In this document: positions 1 through 14,049 of the stretch, piece after piece
Layout of the letters: every line of letters starts with the position of its first letter
Position numbering within the stretch: position 1 is the first letter of the stretch
Source: Euprymna scolopes
Taxonomy: Eukaryota
DNA length: 64,000 nucleotides
Direction: 5' to 3' (one strand)
Assembly (NCBI GenBank): GCA_053919585.1
Contig: CM132795.1
Translations under genes and position numbers: made by a program
The notes under the pieces: model-generated
Database searches by the model: none
The model's input: the letters and a program-made list of their open reading frames with translations, nothing else
What the model was told of the DNA's origin: nothing

Positions 1-1765
1 TGTGAAGTAGGCCCTTATTCCATACCTTATCGAAGGCCTTCGGTATGTCAAGAGCAATTACCCTGGAAAGGAAACCTTTGTCAAGAAATTCACATATCCT
101 ATGTGATATAATTGCTAGCACATCTGCTGTAGATCTTGCAGAGCGGAAACCATATTGCATTTCACTAAGGTTGTTTCTGTTGAGGTGGTTGACTATATTT
201 AATATGGATTCCAACAACTTGCTCATGACACACAGGAGACTTATTGGTCTATACTGAGAGGGAGATGATTTTCACCTGAATTCTTAAATACATGGCATAC
301 TGATGAGGTTTTCCAAGGTGTGGGGAAGCACTTCTCCTTAAGGCAACGCTTAAAGTTTTGTAAGTATTGGGGCAAGTTCTGGTTTGAGCTTTTCAGCACT
401 ATAACTGGAATGCCGTCAGGGTCAGTTGCTTTACTGGAATCGAGGTTCTTGATTAGCTTGGCGACCTCACGCACAGATATTTGTATGTTGCATAGCGTGT
501 TGTCTGTTATAGGAGGAAATACAGGGAGTTAATGGCCATTGTCGCATAGGGTAAAATTAGCTGCAAAGTTTTTGGCAAATAGTCTGGTGCTGACAAGATG
601 ACCTCAGGTCCATTGATGATAGTTGGAATACACTTCTGTTCAAGATCCTGTTTACTATTTGCCAGAACTGGTGGAGCCACTGCTCAGCTACTTTTGATTT
701 AACAGGCTGAGTATATAGCTTTCTTGCATTTTTTTATTACTCTTTTAGTGGTTGCTGGCAGTCCTGAAAGCAGCTTTAGTCTCAGTACATCTATTACGTT
801 GGTAGCTATGGAAAGCGATTTCTGTGCGCGATGGCAGCAGCACATTCAGGGGAGAACATGGCTGGCTGTTAGGTTTTTGGAATTTTTTGGATGGTATGAA
901 TCGGTTTATGCCTACAATTAACCATTTGGTCAGGTTTGATACTATAGGGGACACATCCTTTTTAAATATGGAATGCAGAAGTAGGTCAGATATGAATGTA
1001 CGGAAGCTATCCCAGTCAGCCATAGAGTATCACTATACAGTACGGTGGAGAGGTACGTTTGAAGACTTATTTCATTTTTATCTTAACTGCAACAACAGTG
1101 GTCAGAGGAGATAGAATGAAACATGAACACAGCTCAGGGGAAGTTGTGAGGAAAAGGTCTAGAAGGCTTGCATATTGATTGGTAGTATCGGGCACACGGG
1201 TGGGTTCGTGAACAATCTGAGTGAGGTCATAGGCAATGGCAAAATCATGATAAAACCTCCCATCGTCATCGGTTTTATTTGAGTGGGTCAACCATTCCAC
1301 ATTATGGACATTGAAGTCACCGCAAATGTGAATGTTAGCCGAAGGATGAGCAGACAGGATGTGGTCAATTTTCTCGGGTATGCTCTTAAAGATAGTAACC
1401 CCACTGTTGCGGGGGCGATAGAGGGCAAATATAAATGCAGTGGTGTAAGCTAGTTCAACCCGGAAGCACATAAGGTAAATTAGGGTCTTCTCTGGAGATA
1501 TCCCTACCACGTGGAAAGCCATCTTTGATGTAGGCACATTCTATGCCCATGGCGATTTGGGGGGTCAGATTTAGAGGTTAAGTTAGAGTATCCTTTAATT
1601 ATGAATTAGTCTAGAGAAGTGGTTGGCCCTATGCCAGTTTCACTTAGAGTGAATGTCCGGTTTCATCTCCTGCAATTGTTTCAACCTCTGGAAGGTTAGA
1701 ACGTAGACCCCCTAATGTTGGAGACCTGGTATTAAGGGTCTACGTTGGAGGATGGGGTTCTAGGT
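1..1765 (-). mobile_element. Decayed non-LTR retrotransposon (CR1/Jockey group), APE endonuclease plus start of RT, running off the window
   Basis: Minus ORFs show APE motifs (LYRP, ICGDFNVH, EPTR, LDLFLT; 1067-1537) followed by RT N-terminal motifs (KATDPDGIP, FPTPWK, YRPISL, ALD..KAFDKVW at 1-60). Several frameshifts and stops. Confidence 0.9.
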
Positions 1766-3087
1766 TTTTCGTGTTTCTTTTTTGCCAATTTTTACATTCT
1801 AATTGCATAGTATAAAGATTTTTGAATGAAATTTGAGACTGTTTTTACAGTCCTGGTATGCTTCATTACATATAGCAGTATGTGAATCTTATGTTAAATC
1901 GGATAAAACTACATTGGAATGGCAGTACTTTCCTTGAAGTACTGTACATACTCTTGACCCTCAGATGTGTATCTCATCTGAGCGTTTCAGTAGACATGAC
2001 ATCACGTACCTTTTTGAGTCTTTGGTGGGACTCTGCATAATGGATAATTAGCGTGTTGATCAATAAGGTTCAATTTTTGGCCAAGTAGATCTGTTAAACT
2101 GAAGTATAAATGTCCTAAAATACAAAATACTTAACCATTATGTAATTTAATCGCACCATAATTAAAATGCCCGAAATAAATTTGTATAAAATATTAAGCA
2201 GCTGAACCTGTAAAAATTCCATGGAATGAGAAATATTTGACTTTTCTGAATAGTGCAAAAACTAGTTTTTTGGACCGAAAACTAACACAAATTTTAAGTT
2301 TATCACCATTTCTATGGAAATTTCCATTCCATTCTATTTTAAATATAGAACTGATCCAAATGATGGAAATTAATAAGTACTAATAACTACTTGGAAAGTA
2401 ATGTAACATAGTTTAATATGAAATTAAAAAAAAAAACGCCTTGTGAAAGAAAATTTACTAAAGTTAGCACTTCTTGGCAGACAATGTTCTTTTGCCAGAT
2501 TTTTCCCCCTCTTTTATTACGTAATATTTCGCTGACTTTTTTTCTTTTTTTTTGTAAAGAACTGCATGTCGAAATTACAAGTTCGTTTCTCACACCATTA
2601 CAGCAATGATCATGATATTCGAAAATGAGGCTATATCAAAGGGAGGTCACTTATATTCTTGTCTAGGGTTGCCAGATTGTCCTCAAGGCCAGATTCTGTG
2701 AATTTGGTATTTCTAAAGTAGTTTAGCCTTCAAAATTCTAGTTACGCTTTTTCAAATAACGTAAGGACTAAAGAAAGCAGAACATAATTTTCTGTATTTT
2801 ATATAAACGACTCGAATGTTTTAGAATTCGAAATGAAGATGGATAATTTGTATTCAGACTTGTTCTAATTTCATATTGGTTTCGGCCAATGTGACCTCCA
2901 ACATATTGTCTGACTCTATAATCTACACAATTACGAACAGCTTTATTTAATTCATGGGAATAGCTTGCTCTAATTCTGTCAGCCATGATCTGGTGGAAAT
3001 GTAAAGTAATTCGTAATAGCATTCTTGATAGTGCCCTTATTAATCAAAGCAAAGGTTGGCCTCTAAACTTTATACTACGCCCAGCAG

Positions 3088-3505
3088 CTCGTATGACTTT
3101 AGATATCTAGTGGTAAAGCCTCGATTGAGGGAATGTGGAGTTTCCCTTTAATTACCATTGCTCTCAAGTCCACTTTAGCCTGGAGTGGTAATTCCTAATG
3201 GGGTATCTGGTGTTAACAGATCAAGCCGCTTTGATAAAAAAAATGCACCAAACATTTTTCTCCTTGAAAAACTATCATTCTGTAAAGTCAAAAACAATTT
3301 TCCACTAATAAAACAAATATTTCGGTATGTAAAACCTATAAAGTCTAGTAATTTTTCTAAAATTACTGCAGTTGGCATTAAAAAAAACTCGGAAAGATTT
3401 GATATTAACCATAAAGCAAACAAAACTTATTTTTCAAGATAGAAAACTTGAAGACAAGAAACCATTTCCGAAATTACTGAATTCAGCATTAAATAACCCA
3501 AAACT
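3088..3505 (+). mobile_element. Old diverged copy of the window's SINE-like family
   Basis: Matches the family core (gaatgtggag...ttaattaccattgctc..aagtccact....cctggagtggta) and tail (attcagcattaaataacc) seen at 14392 and 54592. Confidence 0.6.
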
Positions 3506-3906
3506 GATTTTCTGTTCAACAAAAGCAACTATACCTAGCAACCATTACCTGCAATTTCATACTAAATATCAATACATTTGTTTATTCTCTATTAAATATT
3601 AACCTATTTAAGAAGGGTCATTTTGTTACTCTTCCCCACAAAAAAAGTGAAAAGAATAAAACATGCGACATGTTAGATTTCTATTAAAATAACTTTTCTA
3701 CAAAATTCGATCAAGCTGCAGGAAATCGCTTATTGTGCATCCATTTTTCCTCATCTGCTTTCAATGTTACTGAAATATAGCTGTTGAACAATGTTCAAAG
3801 TCTCCCTTTACTGACTCCCTCCTCTTCATGATCATGAAGTCAGATCTTGATTTACGTGGATAATGATAGGCATCTTTTAATATGTAACTTTCCTGAATTC
3901 ATTGTA

Positions 3907-3950
<44 letters not shown>

Positions 3951-5601
3951 CAAACAGCTGCCAACTAATAATGCATTTCAGGATTTTGTTCTAATTTTCT
4001 TCCTTACAAATGTATTTTCCAATTTTCTTTTACTCTCCAAATTCCTAGTTCATTCATTCAGGAAAATATAGCGATATGTAGACCTAAATATAGAAATAAA
4101 ACGGTTTCCCATTACCTTGTATTATTCAGAAGGTATTGTCAAATTTTATTACATTAAATCTGGTACCTCTGTTTAGCATATTTAAAGGGTATAAGGCAAC
4201 CAGATCTTTCGGTATGGTTAATGTTTTAACCATTTTAGTATTTACTTTTTCATTTGGTTATATTTACTTTACTGGAAGACCGAAACCGAACTAAATAGAC
4301 ATTTTTTTATTTTTTTTAAAGCCTTTATTAATGAAAATCGGCTCATGAATTACGTTATAGAGCTTTAAAACTGGTTGGTTGAATTTAGCAATTGAAAATT
4401 TACCACTTATATAATTAAAATATTTCTAACACCAAAATATTGATTTTCTTTTTATATTAAATGTTTTAGTACATTTTTTTTTTCTGTGTATAAAAATAAC
4501 AAATGTTAATTGCATATTGTCCATATTTTGGAACGTTCACATTGTTGAAAGGAATACGGGATTTCTTCTCTTTGGCGTTTGATCTTCCCGAATTCCTTTT
4601 AAAGTCCTCTGACCGTTGTAATGGCAATCTAGGAGGAATAAGAATGAAATCTGGTCGAATTTGTTGAACTGAAATTCAGCGCAACAAACTACGGTTTGGT
4701 CTTTATCTTTTTCTCGCTTACTCAGTTTCGCTTTTACAGTCTTATTTTTTGTTCTGGTCATTCGAGTGGGAGGTTATGTCGCTTAGATCCTGTTTCTCGG
4801 ATGTTACATAGCTTTGAGTCCGCCCATTGATTAATTATTGGAATAGTAAAAAGAATATAGGAAGAAAAAACTTCGTTTTCATCAAAATCGTCAAATTCTT
4901 ACTGTTATAATTTTGGTTTCACTACAAAACCATATGCAACTTGCACCACTAGCAAAGTCTATCTAAAGCAGAAGTAAAACTATCCCATCAGTTTTTGTGA
5001 TTCCCGTCTGTCTCACCTCTGTGCATCTCCAAACTTTAGCGTTTTCCTACTTAACGGATTTATAGACATGTGGCTTAGAATTATATATTGGAATATATAG
5101 TTTATTAAATTTTTTAATTTAATTATCACAATTGTGAGGAGGGGTAACTGTTATTCCTAAATGAGTTGGTTAGCCGATCAGTCGCGACCTCATTCAACAA
5201 TAGCTGGGTTGGGATTTTCTTCAAGTGAAAAAGAAACCTTGGATTATGTCTAAACCTAATACGCTTCTGTTTAGTGTTGAAATTCGTTGTGCACGACGTT
5301 ATAACAGACCTGTGTATTTCGAATGTCAATTGATCATAGGTTTGATTCCTTATTTTACTAGATGTTGAGTATGGGTTTATTTTTCATAAAGAATATCCCT
5401 TGATTGAATTTAGTTTATATCCTACACCTGAGACTGCAGTGTTTGTTTATGGCATAGAACAATTTGAATAGGTTAGCTTTGAAGAGGTAGATTATTTTTG
5501 TATTAAAGTCTGATTTTCATAAATTTTTGTAGAATGACCATTTGAATTTACACTTTTTGCATAAAAATGTAATATGAATGGATCCAACTCAGTTCATTTT
5601 A

Positions 5602-5850
5602 TACTGCATAATCACGTTGACACACCGGTTCCCGTCAGATCACCGAAGTTAAGCCACGTTGAGCCTGGCCATTGCTAAAATGGGTGACCAATCTGGAAAA
5701 AGTTGCAAAAACATAACATCTCCCCTAACGGGAATATACATGCAACTGGGGACCGCATGTGAATTTCATACTCCCATGAAACTTCCTCCTTTGGAGGAAG
5801 CCGATTAAACCCAAATAGGGTTGGTGCTGACTACACGCACACAACTCTGT
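5602..5850 (+). pseudogene. 5S rRNA-derived sequence with a non-5S extension (5S pseudogene or SINE3-type element)
   Basis: 5602-5706 aligns to metazoan 5S rRNA (cacgttga.acaccggtt..cgtc.gatcaccgaagttaagc.acgt.gagcc.gg...atgggtgacc...tgg.aa) with internal promoter box A and box C recognisable but mutated. No intact terminal helix; ~150 bp of unrelated GC-richer body follows. Confidence 0.8.
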
Positions 5851-7499
5851 TGACTGAATGTGAACTGGTGATATTAATCTTTTTTCCAGATACACTAACC
5901 AATCTTTACTTTCGGTATCTTAAGTTTCAAATTAAATGAGCATTTGCATTGCTGAACTTGTTGACTATTGATGCTGCTTTGGTCGCCTGTTAGTCATTAT
6001 CGTCTGGGTCTCTAAGATCAAGAGATTAGGCCATTCCTGTACTGACTTGCTCACTGTTGATTTTGTGGTGGCTGATAAGTTCTGTGCAGTTGTAGGAGGT
6101 CCACTTTCCTAAGCCTTGCCTTCTCTGAGGAGTTTATTGCTAACCGCCTGAGGCACCCTCACCAGAGAATACCGACGGGGCTGCCCTGGTACTTTTTGCA
6201 GGTTAGTTCCCATCCTGACGCGCCAACTTCTCAACCTCACTTTCCGACCATGGTGTCTTAGTTCTTTTAGTGGGAGAGAACTAAATACCCTCTTGATAAG
6301 TGGCGACTTTTTTTCAGGAAATTATTTTAGAAACAATTTCAGATCCTTCCAAAATTTTGTAGGGTAAATAATTGACTCTAATCTTTAGATCATGTAATCT
6401 AAGGAAGGATGGTGATCTAAGTGCTGCCGTAATACATTAATGCGGTATAGAAAGCTGTAAATTGTCATGTTGCTCTTTTAATAGACGAATATTACAAGAT
6501 ATCTCTTCAGAGGAACAATTGAGAGAAGTTTCTTTGTTCATCAGATTTGCATTCGATATGTTATTTCTAGTCAACATTTTTCTCATGAAAACATTAAACT
6601 TGAATATATTGTATAATTTGTGTGAAAAGGAAGAATTATTTTGGAACCTTTTGCGTACACTTTAAAAAATTCCGGGCAGTATTTTCATTAACACTTTTAA
6701 TATCAAATTCTGTTCAATATTTGTTCTCATAGTTCCCCAAAAGCAATATATCTGAATTCATTTAGTAAAAAGTTCCATGGTATTAATCTGATCTAGCAAG
6801 GAATTAACTAAATTATTCTAATAAAGATTTTCAATTTAGTTTTTTAAATTTACTTTGACGCGATATGTACAGTTTAAGAAATTTACCTAACTTAGAAGTT
6901 TTCTGTAAAATGTTTCATCCTATCAAAAATGAAAGGATGTATGTTTGTCAGTCTGTCACGCTTAAGTTATAAACAGGATTTTCATTCGACTGTCAAGCTT
7001 TGCTGAACGCCTAGAATCAACGCATCTTCAGAATATCCTTTACAAAATTAAATTAACAATATTGAAATGTTGAAATGCATATGATGGCCAATTTTCTTGT
7101 CTTAAAATATAATACTCAACTGGAACATGAAGGGAAGTGATGAAAATATTTTCCTTTTAAAAGTAGTTCAATAATTGCTGAGTGTATCATTAGTCGAAAA
7201 AATGAATTATAGATAATTCTTAGTTTTTAGTATAGAAAAGCATTCCACTATACGTTCGTAAGACCTGTTTATATTGGGTCAGTCTTCCAGACTAACATCC
7301 TGCCTAAATTGAGGAGGAAAATGGCTGTTTTCACTCTGGTTTCACCATTAGAACAAGGCAAACTCTTGATTTTCAGTTAAAGTTGTTTTTTTTTTTTTTT
7401 TTTTTTTTCTTTTATTGCAGCTTTTGTTCCTTTTTATGGGATTTTCACTGCAAGGTGTCTAGAGGATTAATACCTTTCGGATCTGTCATTAGGGAAATT

Positions 7500-7620
7500 A
7501 TTTGTGCCCTATGGGATAGCAAAGATACTCAACAAACTTGAACACTCATATACTAGCCTTCCTGATGGAAACCTGATACTGTATTCGACACCTATCACTA
7601 ACAGGCATTTAGCAGAGCAA
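7500..7620 (+). mobile_element. Small RTE-like RT remnant
   Basis: Translates as YGIAKILNKL...SLPDGN, resembling the RTE RT segment YGIP.KI....PDG.T. Confidence 0.3.
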
Positions 7621-10129
7621 TAGGAAACTCTTCTGATCTATGGCTGTATGATAGTTCTCACTATCAAGCCTTGTTAAATGATCACGATAGAAATGCAGTG
7701 TTATTAGTTTTTCCTACTTATGCTATTTATGTCCCCTTTTCTAACAAGGTGAATTACAAGTAAGCACTTCAAAGCTCTGATCAAGACATGATCTGCTCAC
7801 AGCCTCATTTCATGTGTACTCCTCACTCTATTCTAGATACTTGAAAGTCCTTTGAGAAGTGATAGGGTTCTGTGGTCTTTTGACAGCTGGTAGCTGAATA
7901 TTTTTGCTATTTTTGTTTTTAGCCTGGCACCAATTTATTTTCTTCCATAACAGTTACTTGGGATGCCAGCAGGGCATCAAATATAAGTAGTGATATGCTT
8001 CCAAGAAAAACCCAGACTTGTTATACTTCTACAAAGAAATCAAGGCGATTAATTTCTAAGTCTAGAAAAAAAATACTTACTCCTAGTCTATCATATTTAA
8101 GCATTATTATTGGTGCACTTAATTTTGAAATAGTATTTCCTTTAAGAGCTTGGCATTCAAAGAATAGAAACTAGCAAAGATGGTCTTTTCTGATAAAATG
8201 ATGGATAATGATCCACTGACGTATGGTGAGTTTGAAGGTATGTATATTAGATTTCAAAATTCTTCCCCATCGTCTCTTCCATTAATTTGTTCATTCTAAA
8301 ATGGCATTTGCAAGTTCTAAACATGTTACCTGACCATATGATCAGATTCCCTTTTTTTTTCATATTTACATAGAAAATCATAACATCACTAAATTCACAG
8401 ATTGAATGGACGCATCTTAAGAATTGATCCGCATTTTTTTTTTAACTAAAGGGTCAGCTAACCCTCTTCACCCCAATATTTTGCCGTCTATTTCCAACTC
8501 ATTGCAGTTTATTCTGAAATGGGTTTATGCAAACGGCTCAAGAGAATCTGCATTATAAATTAAGGTTGACTTTCTTGTAACGTTGGCAGGGAAACTGAAA
8601 ATATATTTTGGAAGTAATCTTCCTACAAAATGTGACGGCTCTTAATTTTAAGATAAAGACTATCAAAACAATCTAACTTTACTTTCAACCGTAAGAATTT
8701 TTCCTATGGTTTGTTATTCAGATGATTTGTATTGCTGAAAGTTTGAATGTAACTATTTGGTAAGAGTAGACAAGAAAATTTGTAATATAATAGAGGTATT
8801 TCTGATATTCCAAAAAAAAATTATTTGGAAAAAGGTGAAGATTTTACAAGGCTAGGATAGTCTACACCAATAGTTCATCCGATTGTAAAATTATAAAGAC
8901 TAAATATTAAATGACAAATCCCCTACTTAGAAAAAGGGTAATTTTTGTATAAAAGATAAAAATTAGATATAGCTTAAATGAGAAACACGGGCTTGAGAAT
9001 AGGCATATTCCTAGTTTGCATGAAAAGACCTTGATAAAATAGGCAAAGAAATGTTTAGTTTGTGTATAGTAGCTCCTTATGCGTTAATGGGATTGTGGCT
9101 CGTTTGGGGGTGAGAAAAAAAACTGTAGCGCATACATTCTCTGTGTGTGTGTGTGTGTGTGTGCAGACACATCAGAGGGATTTTTAAATCCCTTGACAGA
9201 TTTTATCTTGGAAGATCTTTCCTGAATGTTCAATTCCACACAGAATGTGCCGTCAAGGTTTAAATTAATCTGTTTTCATCCAAGATGTCATCTTGGAGAT
9301 ATGATCAACCAGAATCAAAATAACACATGAAACTTTTAGACAAGTGATAGATATCACACTAAATCAACTGATTGAAAACAGCAAAATTACTTGGGTGGAT
9401 TCTTGATATCACAACTTATGCTGTAAATCCGTTAAATTAATGGAAAATGTCCTAAATCGTTGGAAACGCGCACTTTTTTTTTCAATTGGGAGATATTCAA
9501 TTTTCTGATTATGTTCACTTCAGCAACATTGTGAAAAGGATCTTAAATTATAGATGAGCAAATAATCCAAATTTTCAGTAAAAATTGTTTCGATTTCAGT
9601 ATGCTCTAGAAGAGAATCGAGACGGAAAAATGTAGAAATTATTCAAAGCAAAGAAAACTGGCACATGTTCTCAAAAACAAATCAACGAATGACAAAGTAA
9701 TCGGTCTTTATTGCTTGTTTATAGAACTGTTAACGGGAAAAATCGACTTTACTTATATATCTATACGCCTATGAATTCGTTTTTTTGTTTTTTTTTGTGT
9801 GCATTGATATTCATATTAAGAATATTTTATGTATAAGAAAATACAATTTTATATGGGTTGTGGAGTTGCATTCACTATCCAAAGATCTAGCTAATTAGTA
9901 TTTTTAAACATTCATTTTAATTCCCGATTAGTTTTTTTTTTTTTTTTTTTTTTTTTTTCCGGTTTTCTTATGGGATGATCCTTAGTTAACTATTACATGT
10001 AATTATATTCATGCAGATATTCTACATGATTTATACTTGCATAATATTTGTAAAAAGTTTGGTCAACACAATTTTTTCCATATTTATGTATACGTATTTT
10101 TGTTTAATCAAGAAAAGTGAACATCTGTA

Positions 10130-10662
10130 TACATTTTTCTACGCAATAACTGTCAATTTACAGTTTACAGACTCGAAATTTGATATGCAGGGTACTGAGA
10201 TTTGAGAAAATCTTTATAATCCATGTTCAGTCAGAAATTTGGCTGTTAAGGGGTCAAAGTTCAACGATTTGACCTTTGAGATCTCTAGTGAACTCCTCCG
10301 CCAATTTTGGGTCTAAACACTTGAAATTTTAGATATAGGTTCCTTGGATATAGATCAAACTTAACTTGATTTGAGCCCAAAACAAATAAGGGGGTCATAA
10401 TAGAAATCAAAGTTACGAAAAAAAGACCGCTTTTATGCTCAACATACATCCAAACCCTCGGGCTGAAATGTATGTAATGGAGGCATGTATGTAATGGAGG
10501 CTAGGTGCGAACGCAGACCCCACAACTTTTATGAACCCCCGTTCTGCCAGATCAAGCATAACCATTTTTGATCCTCGATACATCTATGTAATCATTTTTT
10601 TTAAATAGCCATCCATATAGGAGCCTATTCGTGACCAGACGTTCAGCTTTATATATGTATAT
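10130..10662 (-). mobile_element. Non-autonomous Helitron-like element fragment
   Basis: 10500-10660 is homologous to 50730-50890 (cgaacgcagacc..acaa..tt..atgaacc.ccgttctgccagatca...catataggagcctattcgtgac); 10130-10400 is related to the repeat units at 18080-18660. Confidence 0.6.
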
Positions 10663-11730
10663 ACACACTAAGGACTGAAAACTGGTCCTATCTGACAATT
10701 TAGGATGTTTTCCTAGAACACACTCAAATGTCCATTGAGAAATGTGAACAAGACTTTATTGTAAACAGTTATAAACTTTCTTAGCATGTTGTCCATAAAA
10801 AGTAGAAATAACTCCTAATGTATTATTATGCAAGAAGATCTTACTTTAAGAGCTAACAAAATAGTTGAATTGGTATGAATGGAAACTGCTTTGCTGAGCC
10901 ATCCAATGATTTTGCTGACTTACGGTCGTTAGAGACTTTATGCAAACTAGCTCCCCTCAAATACAGATCCAAAATATGCGTACATTAAATTTTTTGTTAA
11001 TATTTTCCCTTAACATTTTTGAGACACATACTATATATTGCTCGGACTTAAATTTGTTAAAACATCTATGCTTTTTAATATTGCTAAATTTGAAAAAATG
11101 TGTTCCTTATAAAATATACTGAATATTTAACTAAAATATAATTCTTTACTTGGCTGAATAAAAAAAAAAAAAATACAGATGTCTGCTTCTCGTCTTGAAA
11201 ACTGGCAATCTAACACCAAAACTGGTCAAGATGATGGCCATGTATCTCATTTTTCTTTTGTTATGTAACTCAAACACCTCAAGGGCCTACTTCTCAAATT
11301 CTACAGCATACTAATTTAGACAGTTATATGGCATACTATCATATACGTTGGTACTTGCAGGTCAGAGCCTCCTCAAGCCTATCAGTCAGACACTGAAAGC
11401 AATTTTTACTTGGATATATTGCTCAAAGATTTTCAGCAGGCAATTGAACCTTTCTCACAATGAAAATAATCGAGTAACACTGTCTTAACTTTCAGCAACC
11501 TACACCCAACGGTGTGAGACCTTCAAATATTTTTTATAAAGAGCTTTGGTTACATTTCGTATAGGAGTTTGTTCTTTTGAATATAAGCTTTATAACTATG
11601 TAGCTTTGAAAATTCTGCAGTAGTTTTGTATTCAATTCCAGAAAATATAGATGCGAAATATGTATTTGTTTTGGGAAAATAAACCATTTATGGATAATTT
11701 GGCAATCCAGATTACCCCGTCTCTGAAAAA

Positions 11731-11776
<46 letters not shown>

Positions 11777-14049
11777 CTAATAACAAAAACATCCCTCAAT
11801 TATTGCAAATGCCAACATTAAAGTATTTTTCATCAAATGCTTTTTCTACCCATGCAATAAAAAACACGGCATACATTTTTCATTGCTTCCTAACTTACAA
11901 CTTTTATAATTAATTCCTTTATTTGCATCACAAATTTACAATGACAGGATTTGCAAATTAGGTCCAAATAGTTGACGAGTAGTGGGTGGAGTCGAAAGTG
12001 ATGAGGGATTTTCATGGAAATCGCTCCAGACAAGACATGAAGCTACCTGATGTAAGGCGATATCAAAATACAAAGTAAAAAAAAAAATTACAGCAAACAA
12101 TACTGGTGAGATGATTCCAATCTAGGAAAACAGCAATGTTTCCTCTTTTGTCAGAAACATCGCTCATGGAACGTGAACTAAAGGACAAAATAAGGGAAAC
12201 TAGTTACAAGGTTGCCTTAAACCCAAGATTCTTATCTAACTCTAAAATATATCATTACAAATGCATTTAGTTTGAAGCTTAAGAATATATCAAATATGCC
12301 CCAAATTGTTTCTTTTTAATGACTTAACATGGGGTCGCTTTTCAAGGATAAGGGTTAATGGGTATACATTAGTTATTTACAAAAATTTTTTTGTGGGTAT
12401 GTTAGTTTTGGCTGGCTTTGGAGGGTGAGGGGGGATTTTTTTCTGAGTAAATTTCAGTAGTGAGAATTTACTGGCATATTGGGCTGGAGTTCCAGATGAC
12501 AATTTGTTTAATGCCACAGTGCTCCAGCCCCCCCTTGCTAGTGTTCCCAGACAGTGTTGCTTCTATGGAGGCTGCTGGGACGGCAGTGGATACAACTTGA
12601 TTAACTTGGAAAAATGACAACTTGTTATAGGCGATATTAATATTAATTTCTGCTAATAGATGTAGATATTAAGATGCCACTATATATACATATTTAAGTA
12701 TTTAATTATTTCTACTTGCACAAAACATTTGTAAACATTGAAACAAAACTGTTCTTTTGAATAATTTAGTTAGCTGCTAGTTCGTGTTAGTTTGAAAATG
12801 GGTCAAAGTACCTGTGCATATATGAAAACAAGTTTACAGAAGACCATTTAATTTGATAAATGCTTAAATTGTATCCCTTTAAGTGGAAGCTGGCAAAAAC
12901 CTCTTCAGAAGTCTTAGTTCCTCATTAAGAACTAATCTGTCTTAATCCCACCCCACCCCCTAAAAAAACTCTTCACAGCTGGAACAAATGCATTTGATCT
13001 CCAAATTTGTAATTTTAAACTTGGAGAAACCACCTAATCGGATAGCTCCCAAACGAGTATGAAAAGACCAGAAACAGTGAAGTGATGGAAGACTATATAA
13101 GAACTTGATTATTCAAGAGGATGGCTCAACAAATAGTTGTTTACATTACTTGAAAAAGGAGTTTGCAACATAATTAACAGATGGGCTGATCTGTAAAAAA
13201 AAAAAAAAAAAGGGAAACTTCTATGAATGTGAAGAGGTTGAAAAAGGAAAGGCTTTTGCTGTTGTAGCATGACTAGATTTTTCTGAAAGTTTTACAGAGG
13301 GAGTGAGTTTCCTCCGTGCTTGCATTTTCTAAAAGCTTAAAATATATACTTTAATTTTCATTTTCATTTTTGAGTGAAAATACTTTGCTTTTCAATTTTC
13401 GGTTTTCCCTAAAACTTTATTTGGAAGGAAGATACAAAACCATTTTTTTTTTTTCGTGGTAACATGTACGGACATAAAATCGCGTATTATGGTTTATAAA
13501 TGTACAATTTTACACTTGATCTGAAATATTATGGATTGGCTTTACCAATTTAACAATATACTCCGTGCTAGCACATTTACATGTTTTCTGTAGTCTCACA
13601 CTTCAGTTTAAAGTAGCTTTCCTTCTGCACAAAATGCGCATATTAAATGGACGCAGCTTAAGGACATTCGTTCTTTAAGTAACCTTTCCTTAGAAGCTAA
13701 ATACATTTTTTCTTTTGCCCTACTGAGTTTAATGACAATTCAACATTTTTGCCAGTACAAAAACAAATTGAAGTATTTTTAGTATTGTCAGCCCATGCTT
13801 GCACTTTCCAAAACCTAAAACTATAAAGATGTTAATGTTAATTTTTGAGTGAAAATAACTTTTTTTATTATTTGGAATATATAAAGCAATGCAAATGCCT
13901 CCGGAGCTCTAAATCGGTTCTAATCAAGATATGCTTGGAGGTTACCCACAAGAGATCTTAAGATGGACATTTAGATTTTGCTATTCAATAAGTACCAAAA
14001 AATAACTACTTGTAAATAGTTTAGTACCAGAGAAAGTCTGAAAATAGCA

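Noticed and set aside
3847-4071. ORFs with poly-F, poly-K or IYIY runs (also 11731, 55290, 58330, 58974)
   Set aside because: Translations of homopolymer and (TA)n microsatellite tracts.
5602-5706. Functional 5S rRNA gene
   Set aside because: Many substitutions, broken terminal helix, no T-run terminator and not in a tandem array.
6000-6300. Possible LINE 5' UTR fragment
   Set aside because: GC-richer patch, but no diagnostic motif or second copy in the window to support a call.
11170-13320. Plus-strand exon-like patches
   Set aside because: Frames are short with stops, and no consistent splice phase or recognisable protein was found.
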